64,000 nucleotides of DNA from Callorhinchus milii (Eukaryota). Location of the stretch: assembly GCF_018977255.1 (NCBI RefSeq), contig NW_024704742.1:87422001-87486000 (forward strand). Reading direction: 5' to 3'. Positions 62,019 through 64,000 of this stretch are shown here, in pieces. Position 1 is the stretch's first letter. Each line of letters begins with the position of its first letter. Position numbers and translations under genes: made by a program. The notes under the pieces were generated by a model. That model saw nothing but the letters and a program-made list of their open reading frames with translations. It was not told the DNA's origin and made no database searches.

Positions 62019-62220
62019 AGATCAATGGTGGCCAACCTGTGACTCATGGGGCAGTCAAGAAGTGACCCCCCGCGTACATTTGGATGAGTTTAGGTAAGTC
62101 CATGTTCAATTGTTGGTGGTGTTTTCAGTTTTGTCTTGATTGAATATTTTTTGATTTATGCTGACACCACCTGATTCTTTGAGCGCCCATACATAGTGGG
62201 TACTGTGTAACCGTTTTTTG

Positions 62221-62346
62221 GGTCAGCCAGGTATCTGACACGGCCAAAACCCATTACCATGCTTAAGAGTATCCAAACCAGTGTTCCACTTATGCCACCT
62301 ATACATGGAAATTCCTGTGTCTGGAATGGAATGCGCATTCTCTCCG
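62221..62346 (+). repeat. Unclassified GGTCAG repeat family copy
   Basis: T-run then GGTCAGCCAGGTATCTGACAC...CATGCTTAAGAGTATCCAAACCAG...GGAATGGAATGCGCATTCTCTCC. Confidence 0.85.
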
Positions 62347-63399
62347 ATACGCCTGCATACAGTGGCTCAAATATGGCCTTTTGTTTGGCATCACATTTGT
62401 GTATAAAACATATTTTATATTGCCAGTATATTTTTTTGCAGCTGCAAGGTGCCAGTAATACTACTGCTCTTAACGACATTTCTTTTCTATTCCAGTGTTC
62501 CAAATTACTAAATCTATTTGTCTGCCACATTCCTTCCCCACCCCCCCCTTTCCGATACACGCAAGTTTCTGAAAATTAGATGTAAACTTTACAGTCGTGC
62601 AAAGTAGTCCTGTTTTCTCAGATCGATCAATGTCTTGTAAGATTGTCAGTACAAGTGTTTTAATGGAATGGTTGAGGCCAAGAGAACAACCTCGGTCCTG
62701 TGTCAAAGTGAAAGATAATCCGCTTCATTCTAAGACTGTAAACCCAGAAGTAACTTAGTAAATAAGCAGGGTGGTTGGTCTGTCATGGTGTAATGTTAGT
62801 AAATTCCAGGATTCTCAGTCGTATTCAGAAATGTGCCCCGGGCAAATTTTTGTATTTGTTCCAAAAATAACAACTTACTGAGGAAAGCACTCCTTACCAT
62901 TAATGTCCTTGTGGGAGATGCATCCTCTTTTAGTCCTCTCTTCCTTCTGACCTCTGTGAATGGTAATTGAGCCCTTACACTGTCGCCCACATTATACTAA
63001 TTTCTGAAGTTTCTTAAGCCATATGTCCCAGCTGTAAGGTTTGACCAACTTCTGGATTTCAGTTTTCCAAATGAAAATCTTCCTCCCTACTGACTTTAAA
63101 TCATTAATCATTATCAAATTCCTCTCTCCCCTCTCCCCACCCCGCGCCCCACACACACATATCATTGAATGAATTTGAAATCTTTTTGTCGTACTTAATC
63201 TACCAACACTTGAGAAGCTGACTAGCAATATCTGAAATTAAACTTTCTTCCCACACTTAAGAACATCTCCACAATGGAAGCACCTATGTGTTGTGTTGCT
63301 TGTGTAAGTACAGTGACTATACAAAAGTACATGTGGAAGCATTAGTTTTAGCTCTCCATAAACTCCAATTTGTCCCGAACTTTGTCTTTCATATCTACT

Positions 63400-63810
63400 T
63401 TTTCACTAGACTGTGCAAGCAAATCCTTGCTAGATCCAACTCACTCCCTGGTTCACAATAGGCAATTTAATTTTCAAGATCCTGAGTCTGACTTTCATAT
63501 GTTCCATAACTTTGCCCTATTCTACTTCTGCTGTCTCCTCCAGGTCTATCCCATCACCCACTCCCTCCTTTGCACCTGATTGGGACTTCTGCATATTCCT
63601 CGCACCCTTCGCCCCACAATTGGCTTTCAGCAAATATTCCTGCTCTCCAGAACTCTTTCCCCAAATCCCTCTGACTTGTGTCCTAAAAACCTATCTATTT
63701 GAGTGCCATTTCTTCTCTCCGTTCCCTCCTCCCCCCATTTCCCCCCTTGCTTTTGGATTTCCAGAGTACCTCAATAAGTCCTTGAAGACTGTTATCTTTT
63801 GTGAAGGAGC
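63400..63810 (+). mobile_element. Decayed L2 3' fragment
   Basis: TTTCAAGATCCT, GGCTTTCAGC and TCCTAAAAACCTATCTATTTG (FKIL / AFS / LKTYLF motifs). Confidence 0.6.
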
Positions 63811-63880
63811 TAGCGGGCGCGCGTGTGTGTATGTATATATATATATAAAGGCAAATTGTGTGGACATTCTAATCTGTATT

Positions 63881-64000
63881 ATAATAATAATACTCCCATT
63901 TGATATAGCGCTTTATCACGTCTGGAGACGTCTCAATTCGCTTCACAGAATATACTGTAAGTGAATTGACTGTATATTTTGTTTGTAAATATGTTGTGTC
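63881..64000 (-). mobile_element. tRNA/Deu-domain SINE tail (runs to window edge)
   Basis: (AAT)n...CATTTGATATAGCGCTTTATCACGTC...GCTTCACAGAATATACTGTAA. Confidence 0.88.

Overview
Eukaryotic (vertebrate) genomic DNA. The repeat content (tRNA/Deu-domain SINEs with L2-type tails, L2 and CR1 LINE relics with shark-type 3' tails) suggests a cartilaginous fish, possibly a chimaera; this is inference. I recognise no host protein-coding exon. The window looks like about 3 kb of upstream DNA, then a 2.1-kb GAGCT/GGGCT/GGGTT pentamer array resembling an Ig switch region, then a CpG-rich promoter/first-exon region (~5460-6690) embedded in microsatellites. The remaining ~57 kb is T-rich, probably + strand intron, holding many SINEs, L2/CR1 fragments, MITEs (piggyBac-, Tigger-, hAT- and Harbinger-like), an unclassified repeat family and a few candidate non-coding exons and conserved elements. 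The only recognisable protein sequence is from decayed L2 reverse transcriptase. Alignments were made by eye, family names are recalled rather than searched, and boundaries of old repeats are approximate.
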